Positions 24,186-35,705 of a stretch of 64,000 bases of DNA are shown here, piece by piece (positions within the stretch are counted from its first letter, which is position 1; each line of letters starts with the position of its first letter). Source of the stretch: Lepidodermella squamata (Eukaryota > Animalia > Gastrotricha); the NCBI GenBank assembly GCA_047495785.1, contig JBLDXI010000029.1, forward strand, positions 1,922,001 through 1,986,000, written 5' to 3'. The notes below the pieces were generated by a model. It was not told the origin of the DNA. It ran no database searches and worked only from the letters and a program-made list of their open reading frames with translations. A program made the translations under genes and the position numbers.

Positions 24186-26121
24186 CGAGATTTCGTTACA
24201 TTTGGCACCAAATTTCTTTTTTAAACTTTCTAAAATTTAAATAATTTAATTTATGCAAATAAAGGAATGTTATCAAAATTATGAAAAATTCCGAAAAATA
24301 TTTAAACAAATAATCTTGAAAGGAAATTAATTTCTTGCATGGAAAAAGCTATTTTGAAATATTTTATTTTTGGAGGGCCAAAATATCCTTATTTGCTGTG
24401 AAAATTAGATTAAGCAATTGATGACCTTACAAAAAATTGTCTCTTTTTTATCTGCAATCAAAAGGATGAATATCACGCCTATATTCGTTATGCAAAGGTG
24501 AGTGCGTTGAAAAACGTGACTGAAGAATGGGTAAACTGTAATCATATGTTGTTTTGCCAGGAAAAAACGGTAACAACTCGATTTTCCTCGTCTACAGAAA
24601 TATGCCTAATAATCGATGAGCTAAAGAATATAGTGCTAGGTTATTGAGAGGCCAGCCGTCTGAAAAAACAATGATGTGTAATGGAAAAAAGCAGCGAGGC
24701 AGCAGGCAAAGTTTTTTACCTGGTTCGCTGCGCTCCGCCGCGCTATGACGCGCTAATAATTGATTGATAGATTATCGCCGGTGAACAGCGGGCACCCGCA
24801 TATATATACGTTATTTCGCTCAACCGTGAACGAGCGTGATGCGCAATATTTTCATTATACGGCCCCGATTAATAAAAAGGCAGCAATTAAAGCGAGAGAC
24901 GCGCATGGAAGTGCGCGCAAATGCGCGTTTACGCTTGGCTGGTTTTCAAATGAAAAAATTAAACTTTTTCACTCGGGTCACGTCCCAGGGTGAAATGACA
25001 AATATTTTTAATAAAAATAAACCATTTATGATACTGACATGTTTAGAGTTCGAATTGAGCGCGGCTATTTTGTAATAATTTATTATGCATAAGAAAAACT
25101 CCCAAATTGCTCACTTACAGCAGCGAAATCAATACAGCAGGTGAATAAATATGCGAAAAAAACGTCGCGAAAAGATGCGTGTATTTTTTTCTCGTCAAGA
25201 AAATAAAATAACCATATAAAAGCGCTAATATTTAATAATGAGGCGTTTGCGTTATTATTGAATTACGTTCGATTTGTCTCTTAAAGTTTGCGCGAAAAAA
25301 TTGGTGATAAAAATCGATCAAATTTACGATGCGCTCAAATTTAATAATATAGGAAAATTTCCCTTATCTGCCATATACCAAGCAAAATGAAGTGCCCTAT
25401 AACAATAAAGCCGAAATACCTAATTGTAGCGAAAAAAAATGGCATGCTATATGTTGCTCTGACATGTAGAAGAGCTATACAACATGATTTTTCAGGATGA
25501 GAAACAGTGTATATAGTGGCGGATAGCATATTGTCAAAAATGAAGAGTTAGGAATAAAGACGTCGGCATATCCAGCGATGAATTAGCGAAACATGATCCT
25601 AGATAAACATTCTTATAAAAATAACAAAAATGATTATCCTATTGCGCCGTCATGTGGATTAATGGTAGGAAGATGGGCAGGTACGCTTATATATTATGCG
25701 CGTTATAACCTGTGGGTATTAGGAAAATTATTTGCTATATAATTTGCTTGCACCCTAGGTGCCCTCACATAGACGTAAATATATTGGCTTTCATCGATTG
25801 GGGGGTAGGCAAATTAACACGGACAATCAAAATTAAGGAGGATGAAAATAATTTTTTTTATATGCGGCAGGTTTCGCTATAAAATTTCGATTTTTACTTT
25901 AAATTCTACGAAAAATTTCAAAAAAATTAAAACAAAAAAAACGGCCTGATTATTGACATGTAACATTTTACTTCCTATAAATAATATTTAACGGCTCACA
26001 AACTTGAATCATATAATAGAAAATAAATTAACAAAAGGCGACATGAAAAGCAGAATATTCACAAATATTTACACGTGAAAAATCTAGTTTAATCTATCGT
26101 GAATTATAACGCCTAAATTTA

Positions 26122-29100
26122 CTATGACTCGGCGACAAGACTGAAGCAGTAAAGGCTGAAGCTAGCAAGTAGAAGCAGTTGGATGAACGACGTGAAAATC
26201 GATGACGCAGCTGTATTTTTCGTCTGCGGTACAGGCTCGGGAGTTGTTTGGTTGCCGCCGATGCCCTGGCTTCGAGTCGTTCGGCCGGCAGGGACTCGCG
26301 TGCCATTGCCGGCTGAATCGGGCGATAATAGGGCGTTCAAATCGGCGCAACGGCCCATGGCGAGTGACTCGTAATTTTCGGCGCAGTGAACGCAAACTGA
26401 ACCTTCGCCGCAGTAGGTCATTGTTGGGTTGAACACTTGCAGGGCGAGGGGAACTGTACAGTTGTCACCAGCTTTGCCTGCATTACAATAAATTTCAAAA
26501 TATTAGCAAGAAAAAATATAAAAAAATTATTCCTAAAATAATTTAAGCAATTTTTAGTTTTTAAATGTAAAACTTTTGATTTTTGAATTTTAAAAATAAT
26601 TTCGGATTACAAAGTAGGTCCGATAAATTGCGAAACCATTTTCTAATTATGAAAAATTTGCGGGAAATTTTCCCGTGAATTTTACCGATTTTACTGGACA
26701 ATTACCGGTAAAACCCGAAAAAACCCGATGGCATCCGATTTGGCAATATTCGGTTTTTTCACCCGTTTATAGACAAAATTTCTCCGATTTTTTATTTTCA
26801 ACAAAGATACCCGATACCCCTCAATAACATTGAAATTGTCGAATTGTCGGTGAAATTTGTTTTTATTTTTTCGAACGTTGTTTCGCGAAATGAGCGAAAT
26901 TCGATTTCGAAGATGCTTACCAATCATGCGAGTTTTGATGCCAGACGGGTAGCAGTAGTAACCGAGAATATTGCTAGCTGTCATGTCGTGCATCTGAGTC
27001 GTGCTAGGCGGCGTTCGAACAATAGCATTAACTGGTATGAACAAATCACCGCACTGGCAAGTCGAGTTACGGCATGTCCCACGCGTCGCGCCCGGCAACT
27101 CGCCGTAAATTACATTGCACTGGTCATCGTTTTGACACGGATCGCCATATAGAGCTAAAAAATGGAGAAAAATAGAGAAAATAACTTGAAAATGAGGAAA
27201 AAATATTGCGAGAATTTGCTGCTGAGAAAGAAAAAATAAAGCAAATTCAAAATTCAAAAATTCAATTAAAAATTTCAAAAATTTCAAAATATGCGGAAAA
27301 GTGGAAACTCAATGTTTTGAATTTTTCCAGATTTTCTAAAAAAAAATTCTATTTTTTGAATAATTTTTCAATTATTACCTGGCTGACATCTGCCATTTTT
27401 GAAAATTTGATTCGACATGCATTGACAGTGGCGTCCCCGGCCTTCATGCATAGCACCCGGTCGGCCGCACTCGAGCCCAATCGCTAGGTTGCAGGGCATA
27501 TTGTCATCGCACAGCTCACCGGGTGACGACTTGATACTAGGCGGCGCCACGCACGACCCGTTATTCGCAACCAGGCCCATAGTGCATACTACAAGACTGT
27601 TGTTGCACTGCGCGAATTCGGGTATCAGCATAGCCGCATCGCCGTTGGTTGTGCATTCATCGCCTGGTTTAAGCAAACGGCCGCAGTCGGATGTGTTCGA
27701 GTACATGGGCGCGTATTCAGGGGATATGCACTTGCAGACACCCATTTGACACCCGGAGCCGACTAGCAACATCGAACACACGGCGTTGTTGCCGCATTGA
27801 GACGGTTTGATATTAGGGTCACAAACTGCAATCAGAAATTACAGAAAATTCAACATCTTCAGGGGGGAAGAAATAAATTTGGAATTAACATAAAGCCCAG
27901 ATGTTTTCGGAAAATATTTTTATTTTTCTTTCCTTATTGACACGTGCGTTTCCGATAGAGAAAAATTCGGGGATTAAGAATCTGAAACCCGCATATTTTT
28001 GTCACCTACCGTTATTGAGATATTCCAGTGTCAAGTTGTCACGTGACCTTACCTGTTGTCACACTTGGACGATTATCTCAAGAACGGTGATAGCTAGAAA
28101 GCCGCTCTCAAAGAAAAAGTTCATCAGCGTGATGAGATCTATCTAGAAATGCATTCAGTTGGGTCATAGGTGATACTTCGTGCAAAGGCGATTTTGATGA
28201 CACTTTAGTGCAGTTTGGTGAAAGTCCCAAAAACGGCTCCTAGCTCATCACCAAGCCTACGAGACACTGGTAATTTATCTGTTTTCCCCGAATTTATACG
28301 ATTTCCCAGCGCGGAGATATGCCTTTTAGACACCCTGGGGTTCTAGTCACCCTACAGGATTTTTTAAATATAGGGTGGCAGGAAAAGATGCTCCAGCACC
28401 CTCGGTAAACTTGAGCATACCTAAACGTCTACAATAATGAAACTGGGTCAAGGTTAAATCATCGTGAGTCCGTGATGAAAAACACAGCTTCAATGTTGCA
28501 TCAATCGAAGATTAGCCAAAATAATAATCGTCACGTATGAAATGATTGAGGCATGCAAGTCATTAGGCTGAAAGCCCTCCGCTGTTTTCTCCCTCATTCA
28601 TCGCTAAAAATTAATATAAAATGATCTTGTATAGTGCAGTGTTCTACTTCTTGCTAGGCCTTTTCTGTTGCTCAATGGCAATCAAGCCATACCGCTTGAA
28701 GCTACCAGTTCATCTGCCATTAACTGGTCTCCTTAGCAGCATGGAACAAGGGAAAAAAGCTCAAGAAATGGCCGCCGATCTTGTTAACAACCGAAGCGAC
28801 ATTCTGCCCGACTACAACGTTGAAATTGAAGTTTTGAACGAAGAGGCCGAAAGTGTTCTCGCGGTTTCCTCCACGTTTGACTTTATTCGACAATATGAGC
28901 AAAGTGAAGATGTCTTCATATCCCCACTTACTCTCGGGCTTATATTCCCACTGGGATGTAAAGCCTGGGCTGGGGTTGTTCATCATCTGAAAATGGTTAC
29001 TTTAGCTTCTAATTGTATCACTCAATCGTTGACTTCAAATCGAGGACGCTATCCTAATTTATATCGATCAGCTAATCCACAGGAAATATCAGTAATGGCC

Positions 29101-32100
29101 CAGCTTTATTTCGTGAAAATCATTGCAAAATGGTCCAATGTTGCATTACTGAGCTCTGCTTCATCATTCGCTATGGAATCATCAATTCTGACACACGATT
29201 TATACTTAAAGCATGGGATAAACATTCAAGCCCTTGAGTTTGCCACAGAAATAAGCGATGAACTGATGCAATCATTTAAAGTTAAGCACTGCCGGATTAT
29301 CATCGTCCTAGCTTCTGATTTCGACTTCTACCTTGACTTTTTATGTCAGGCATATGCGAATGGGTTACGGGGAGATCGATACATGTTTATCCTAGATATG
29401 CTTCTGCTATTCGACCCTAATTCGCTACCCGAATTTCTCCTACGCCCAGGTTGTAAATTTGAACATATCAAACAGCAGCTAGAGCAGGCAGTATTCATAG
29501 GACTTGCGGTTGGTTATATACCCCCAAATGATCGCAAGGACCAACTTGGCTTAACACTTCAGGAATTTGAATACATCTTCACATCGAAATATGGTGGGAG
29601 CGAAAACTTCGCCGACTACTCTTTCCGGCATTTAAGGTACGATCTCATTTTACAAGGAGTCATGGCTTTGGATAGGTCGGAAAAACTACTAAAGACTCGC
29701 AATTTGTCGCTCAGAGATTTTAGGAGTAACCCTAATGAAGTTATGCAAGCTGTAAACATCAGTTTGCTCGAAACCAATTTCAAAAGTTTACATCTTGGAG
29801 AATTTCACTATTCATACCGCGGAGAGGCCGACTTCATACCTCAGCTAATAGGGAAATGGAGCCGCTCAACCGGCCTCAAAATATTGACCCGGGTTAATAT
29901 GAGGGATAATGAAACTGTAACTACTAATCTGTCTTCATATACGGCAGAGATTTCGATGCAATTTGGGCAGATTCCCAATGATTCACCAAGTCAATTTCAT
30001 GAGCAAGGCGGCATCAACGTTGAGCTTTTCGCATGTCTTACTATTGTTGCGATTATCCCAGTTATAGTTCAGTTAGTTCCGATAGCTTCTAAACTCGGCA
30101 AAGATTCATTCAAGCTACTGGAACTATTGATAAACAGTTGCTTACAAGCTATTGGATCCATTTTAATCGTGCTACCACCACTTTTAAAATCCTCCGTTTT
30201 ATGCCAAATTGCACTCTTCATGCTAGGAGTAGGCTTGATGTCCGTCTATGTCCACCTAGCAGTTGCTATTCACAGTGAATTATCTGAAATGAGGAGGCTG
30301 GGAACCTGGAATTTAAGACGAAAGTTCAAGCGAGAACAACCCGTGAGAAAGGAGTCGAAGATGCGTATACGTATACCTCTTGCTATCTTGGCTTTCCTAT
30401 TGCCAATTCTATGGCTAACCAATGACCGACCATTTCTGCGAACTAACGAAGTATTTTCTCATTATAACGAGCAGGACGATGCTCTAGTTTTCAAGAGAGA
30501 TATTTACTGCTACTCACACTACTTCACGGAATGGATCGCAGCAACGCTTGTGTTGGATGCAGTGATTTTGGTGGCAGCAATGGGAGTTGTTTTCAACCTG
30601 CGGGGATTTCTAAAGCGTTCTAGGACGTTTAATCAAATGAAGCGCATCGCTGCGTCTATCGTGATTTGCATTACTCTTCTACCGGCGACAATACTTATTG
30701 CCCTTATCGTCAAATCTAGCAGAGCCGTTGAAATTACTGTGCTCCTCGCGATTGCAATTCAGTCATCGGTCGTCTGCAGTTTGCTTAGTTTTGGATTTCC
30801 TAAACGCAAGACTGATCACGTCGAGATACCATCAAGCTTTCAACTCAGCCCAGCCCTACCCCCACGCCATCCCCATGGGGTCGGACGTGATTGATTCCTC
30901 GTTTTCAATATAAAAATCAGCATCAGAATCTTAAACTTGCTTCAAGTTATCGGCAGCATAATTCAATAAAATGTTGAAATAGCTTATTGTTAGAGCTTTT
31001 TCAATGCCAAAGCATGCTTTTCGAGCTTATATGCAGTTCATTGATTATTCAATCTTCGCGCCGAGAGAGAAAATTGCCGGTTTTCTGGCTTGAGAAATTC
31101 AAAAATTGAGATAATGAAATCGAGGTAATGCCTTGAAAACGAGGTAATGCATTTTTTTCAATCCAGGTGGAGTTTCCGATATCTTTCCAAAAATTTAGCA
31201 ATTTTTAATACTCAAGTTGGCACAACATCTCACAATATTAACGATATTCGTGATCTTGAGCATAAAGTAACAGTATCTACTTGACATGGACAGCTATTGG
31301 AGGAACATATCTGGAGTTACGGGCCACGATTACTTTCGGCACGACCAAGCTGAACTTGAAATTCAGAATAACGACAGAGAACACTGAAATGAAGATCGAC
31401 CCAACGGCAATGGTCAAGTCACGCATCACACTTGTCCAGGAGATGTAACCCACCGCCAAAGTCCCGATGAACAAGGTAACAGCCGCAACAAGCAGCAGCA
31501 AGTAACGCTTCGATTCAGGATTCGACGAGAATTCAGGCCGTAAACGGAGTCTGACAGCGTAGATAACGCTCACGAATAGAACAAGTAAATTCAGAATGAC
31601 GATGGTACCAATAAACGGAACAGAATACAAACTCGATTGGCAGGAATGAAATTTGAATCTGAAGTAAGTATCCTCAGCCTCAGAGTAATACCTTGAAGCT
31701 TGGCTGTTGTTTTGAACGACTTTGATAGGATCAATTATCATCCAGATGACACAAAGGCCGACGCAAACCGCCGGGAATACAACAAATTTCTTCAGGCTGA
31801 ATCCCTCCTCGATTTTGTTAGGAACAATCGACCGCTTGCCCAATGCTCTGAAAGTTAGGAAAAGGGTTGACGATAAGCTAGATATGCCCAGAGTAACGGA
31901 AAACAAAGCGGTTATGCAAGAGACATCGTTTCGAAATCTTGTGTTAGTCGCAACGGTGAATGCGCCAATACATAGGAAAACGATAGGTGAATGCCTCTGA
32001 ATGTTGAATATCAAACTCTCAGACTTTCTGAATGTCATCACTACTGCTGAAGTTATCGTGACGAAGGATATCGCGAGGGTGAGCCCAAACACCACACATG

Positions 32101-34286
32101 GCACCCCGGCATCGACTTCAACCTCGGCAGGTTCATCTTTCGGTATATCCCCAAGGGGTTTCAGTTGTTTGATTTCGTAAAATGAAGTGTTTAGCAGCCT
32201 TTCATGGTCTTGCTCCTTGAAAGCGATTGAGTACCTGAGGACCATGCCTTGCGCCGGGTACCATTGCGCAACGACTTGCAGCTCGTTATCTACCTCAAGC
32301 CGTTTGGAGTACCGAAATTCGCCATGCCGGAGATTTCGCAGCTGTACCGAACCTGCAGACTCGTTAGCTACGGCTGAAACAACTTTTGGTTGAACGGCGT
32401 AGTCACCGAGGGTCATGTTCATTTTCCTGAGCCTCAGCTCAGTTTCGTGGAGAGTCATCGCGCCGTGAAGAGCCGTGTCGTAGCAGAGATGTCGGAAGCC
32501 GAAATCTGTTTGGATCGTTCCATTCGATAGTTTACCATAGATCCGCTCGAAATCTTCCACCGAATGGTCTAAACTTGTTTTAAGACCATGTGGAATGACG
32601 AGGTCGTAGGTCGCCCCAACGAATAACGTCCTTTCGAGCTGCTCGTAAAATTTAGCCCTACTACACCAGGAAGGGAAGAATGAGTCAGCATAGCTTGAAG
32701 GTTGGCTGAAAGAGTTCATCCCAAGAATGAAAAGATACCTCGAACCTTTTATGCCAAGATTCCAAGCTTGGCATAGGAAAAGGGGTACCTGCGAGAAGAC
32801 CCCGAGTTCAACATTAAAAATACGAATATCCGATTTTTTCATCGCATGCAGGACACTAGTCGAATCCGGCGTCCAGGCTTCAACTGCGCTGATCTTCAAC
32901 CCAGCCTTTGAAGCCATGTCATAGAACATCGTAGCAACTTCATACGTTAAAGTATTTCCCTCAATACTAAGGACTATTCCCAGCTTTTGCCACTTTGTTA
33001 CAGTTTTTATGAATTGAATCCTAGAGTAGACTGATAGTTGGATTGAAGACCGGATTCGATACATGTTAGGAAACAGATCTCGCCTAGCTGTTTGGGATGG
33101 TGCTGTACAGCTGAAGGCGATCATTACCGAGTCGACGTGGCTAGCAACCCTGCCCCAACTACCACACCCTGGGGTGAAAAGGGTTCCGATCACTACAGGG
33201 GAGATTGTAGTGTTATCGGCTGGATCCTTATCCCAACTTTTCCGAGCATTTTGAACAGCGACGCTTGCAGCTCTCATCGAAGCAGCGCCCTCGTCTTGAA
33301 TGTCTAGCTCGATCTGATAATCCGGCAAAATGTCGCTTCGGCTATTGATAGAGTCTATAACCATTCGTTGCGTAGCTGCGCATGTTTTGAATGTTAAAGG
33401 TTCGGAGCCAGTTAGCGGTAACATTGACAGCACTTTCACGACTCGCGCCTTCGAAGATGTAGAATTTTCGAGAAGCGACAAGAAAACTAGCGCTGATAAT
33501 AGTAAGCGATTCATGTTGAATTTGCAAAATTTCTGGCAAGAGGATGCACGCCGCTGTATATAAACCGGTTCGTTACGAGTGAACGTGCTTTCTAGATGTA
33601 TCTCGTCAGCAGATAAGACGAAGAAAGTCACGCCTAATTGTTGATTTTCAGCTAATTGGGGGACTTCATGTCTTGATTTTCTAGTCGCGGAGGATGAAGA
33701 AGGTTAACTTTAAGAGTGTCAAAAAATTCTGGACACACAAATTTTCACTGGGCGCTCTGCTGTTGAAAAAATTATTGACTTATAACATTCCGAATTTTAT
33801 TACAAAAAAATTTGATTTCCGCGTGAAAAAATTGAAAAAAGTAGGAAATGTCTGATATTTTCGACTCTCGAATACTCGAATAGATGGAGAGAATTTCAAG
33901 AATATATCCTCTTTGATCAAAATTAAGGAAAAACTGAAAAACTCGATGATTCAAATTCCATATTCGAAATAAAATATCTCGTTTCGGTAATTAATTCGCG
34001 GAATTTTTCGGAAAAATAATTAGGTATAAGACTATAAAATTCTCCAATAAATTGTAGAATCGATTCAAAATAACTTACGGGACATTAACGGCAATTTCTT
34101 TACGGAATCGTTTGAATTCGAGATTACAGTCTGATGTTCAGCCCGCGGCATTTTCTCAGCGCTTCTCGAGTCATCGGCCGCGGTAGTTGTAACAGCCGCC
34201 GTAGTTCTACTGCCGCCGGTTGAACGCTGACCATTCGCGATAGAAACAGCGAATACAAAAACAGCCAAAATCGATTTAGCCATCAT
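26122..34286 (-). CDS. Cys-rich (EB-module-like) secreted, probably GPI-anchored protein; exons 34286-34079, 27825-27379, 27154-26921, 26477-26122
   Basis: The signal-peptide exon ends with a phase-1 GTAAGT donor that fits the phase-1 acceptor at 27825. Motifs CG.NA.C...C..G.C.C, G..C, ALYGDPC; hydrophobic C-terminal tail. The link to exon 1 is inferred. Confidence 0.7.
28621..30894 (+). CDS. Intronless class C GPCR, GABA-B receptor-like (Venus flytrap + 7TM)
   Basis: Signal peptide, 'VNNRSDILPDY', 'RYPNLYR', 'W..VA', 'RIII', 'LCQAY..GL.G.RY.FI', 'YD', followed directly by TM helices with no Cys-rich linker. Confidence 0.85.
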   Translation: MILYSAVFYFLLGLFCCSMAIKPYRLKLPVHLPLTGLLSSMEQGKKAQEMAADLVNNRSDILPDYNVEIEVLNEEAESVLAVSSTFDFIRQYEQSEDVFISPLTLGLIFPLGCKAWAGVVHHLKMVTLASNCITQSLTSNRGRYPNLYRSANPQEISVMAQLYFVKIIAKWSNVALLSSASSFAMESSILTHDLYLKHGINIQALEFATEISDELMQSFKVKHCRIIIVLASDFDFYLDFLCQAYANGLRGDRYMFILDMLLLFDPNSLPEFLLRPGCKFEHIKQQLEQAVFIGLAVGYIPPNDRKDQLGLTLQEFEYIFTSKYGGSENFADYSFRHLRYDLILQGVMALDRSEKLLKTRNLSLRDFRSNPNEVMQAVNISLLETNFKSLHLGEFHYSYRGEADFIPQLIGKWSRSTGLKILTRVNMRDNETVTTNLSSYTAEISMQFGQIPNDSPSQFHEQGGINVELFACLTIVAIIPVIVQLVPIASKLGKDSFKLLELLINSCLQAIGSILIVLPPLLKSSVLCQIALFMLGVGLMSVYVHLAVAIHSELSEMRRLGTWNLRRKFKREQPVRKESKMRIRIPLAILAFLLPILWLTNDRPFLRTNEVFSHYNEQDDALVFKRDIYCYSHYFTEWIAATLVLDAVILVAAMGVVFNLRGFLKRSRTFNQMKRIAASIVICITLLPATILIALIVKSSRAVEITVLLAIAIQSSVVCSLLSFGFPKRKTDHVEIPSSFQLSPALPPRHPHGVGRD
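31277..33514 (-). CDS. Intronless class C GPCR, GABA-B receptor-like (paralogue of 28621-30894)
   Basis: Probable start MNRLLL (ATG 33514, signal peptide); 'INSRSDILPDY', 'FPNMYR', 'DIRIF', 'LCQAW..G..G.RY.FI', 'YD', 'IIDP', 'ESK' and 7TM segments. Confidence 0.85.
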   Translation of the reverse strand: MNRLLLSALVFLSLLENSTSSKARVVKVLSMLPLTGSEPLTFKTCAATQRMVIDSINSRSDILPDYQIELDIQDEGAASMRAASVAVQNARKSWDKDPADNTTISPVVIGTLFTPGCGSWGRVASHVDSVMIAFSCTAPSQTARRDLFPNMYRIRSSIQLSVYSRIQFIKTVTKWQKLGIVLSIEGNTLTYEVATMFYDMASKAGLKISAVEAWTPDSTSVLHAMKKSDIRIFNVELGVFSQVPLFLCQAWNLGIKGSRYLFILGMNSFSQPSSYADSFFPSWCSRAKFYEQLERTLFVGATYDLVIPHGLKTSLDHSVEDFERIYGKLSNGTIQTDFGFRHLCYDTALHGAMTLHETELRLRKMNMTLGDYAVQPKVVSAVANESAGSVQLRNLRHGEFRYSKRLEVDNELQVVAQWYPAQGMVLRYSIAFKEQDHERLLNTSFYEIKQLKPLGDIPKDEPAEVEVDAGVPCVVFGLTLAISFVTITSAVVMTFRKSESLIFNIQRHSPIVFLCIGAFTVATNTRFRNDVSCITALFSVTLGISSLSSTLFLTFRALGKRSIVPNKIEEGFSLKKFVVFPAVCVGLCVIWMIIDPIKVVQNNSQASRYYSEAEDTYFRFKFHSCQSSLYSVPFIGTIVILNLLVLFVSVIYAVRLRLRPEFSSNPESKRYLLLLVAAVTLFIGTLAVGYISWTSVMRDLTIAVGSIFISVFSVVILNFKFSLVVPKVIVARNSRYVPPIAVHVK

Positions 34287-35705
34287 TGAAAATCGACGAA
34301 AATTCACGATCGAAAAACTGGTTGTAGTTGAGCGAATATTTTTTATTTAATAAATATTTAATATTACCAGCAAATGTAAGGGGCTATTTTACATTTGACC
34401 GTCTATAAAAGGGGAAAAAACCGATATAAAAAAATGTTTGGTCGGATTTTCGAGGCGGCTCAGACTTTGGTGGTACCAGAGTGACGCCTGTGTATAATAT
34501 ATTATTACCACTATATATTTACAGGGTGGATTAAATCGCTACCAGGACCACTATACCACTACGACTACTACTACCTCATGTGACGAAAAACTGCCGCTGG
34601 TGTTCATTAAACAGCAATTACGTGCGGATATGCTGTAATGTAGACTATTTTTGTTAGAGGCGCGCGTTTTTGGCGCCTAAATGCAAATTGGTACCGCACG
34701 ATCTTTACTCGGCGGAAAAATAGCTTTGCAAATATCGCTTATATTTATGCCACATAATTATTATAATAATATTATATACCAAATTAACCATATAATATAA
34801 GGCTTTTCCTTTATTAGCTGAACAATGGTAACGTTTTTGTGACACCCTTATATTGTGTATATGACGAATGACTCTAGCAAACAGATCAGAGAGCAAAAAA
34901 CACGTGAGCGGATTGATGACCGATGCACCCGAGCGTGACGCCTTTTTATGGCGCCGATTTGGAACCCTCGGAATTTTTATGTTTGCCTATCCTACGCAGC
35001 GTGAAATTGCGCCTTGTTGTTGTTGCAATAAAAAATATTTTGCACTAAGGAATTCGATTTAAGGGATACTGAAACGGCGTACTATATTTGTTTCCTATTC
35101 ATCAATCATCAGTATAACCCTCTAATTTTATATTCCGAAATGGCCTGATAGCCCCAAAAAATGAACCATGCTAATTTGACCTAGAAAAATCTCATAACAA
35201 AATGAAGTGAGGATGGTATAAGAATTAAATTCAAATTTTTGAATAAAAAAAGGTAAATAAAAATTTGTGAACGTTAATTTTTTCTGGAATTTTTCCGAAA
35301 GCCATCAATCCATTAAGGTTAAATATTACCTCACGTGCTGGCTAAATTAGCGGCGGTAAATTAGCTATCATAAATGTTCTAATTTTTCTACGTCATTCAA
35401 TTTATCGACAGAGCACGACTAAAGCATAAAATAGATTAAAAAGTAATATTATAGCGAAAAACTAAATAATTCTTGGATGAAATACAAAGCTTCCTTTGTG
35501 TTATGTATTGTCACCTCCGACGCGGAACTCGTTCAAGGTGATTAAAAGCTGTAAAACTAAGGTGTTTTTTATTTGTTGTGTAAACGTAACAAGCTGTTAA
35601 AAACTCGGGTAAAATACCGTGAAAAAAACAATTGATTTTTTATTTCGACAATAATAATGATAATAATACATTTTTTGACGTAAAAAATCAGTTCCAAAGC
35701 CATCG

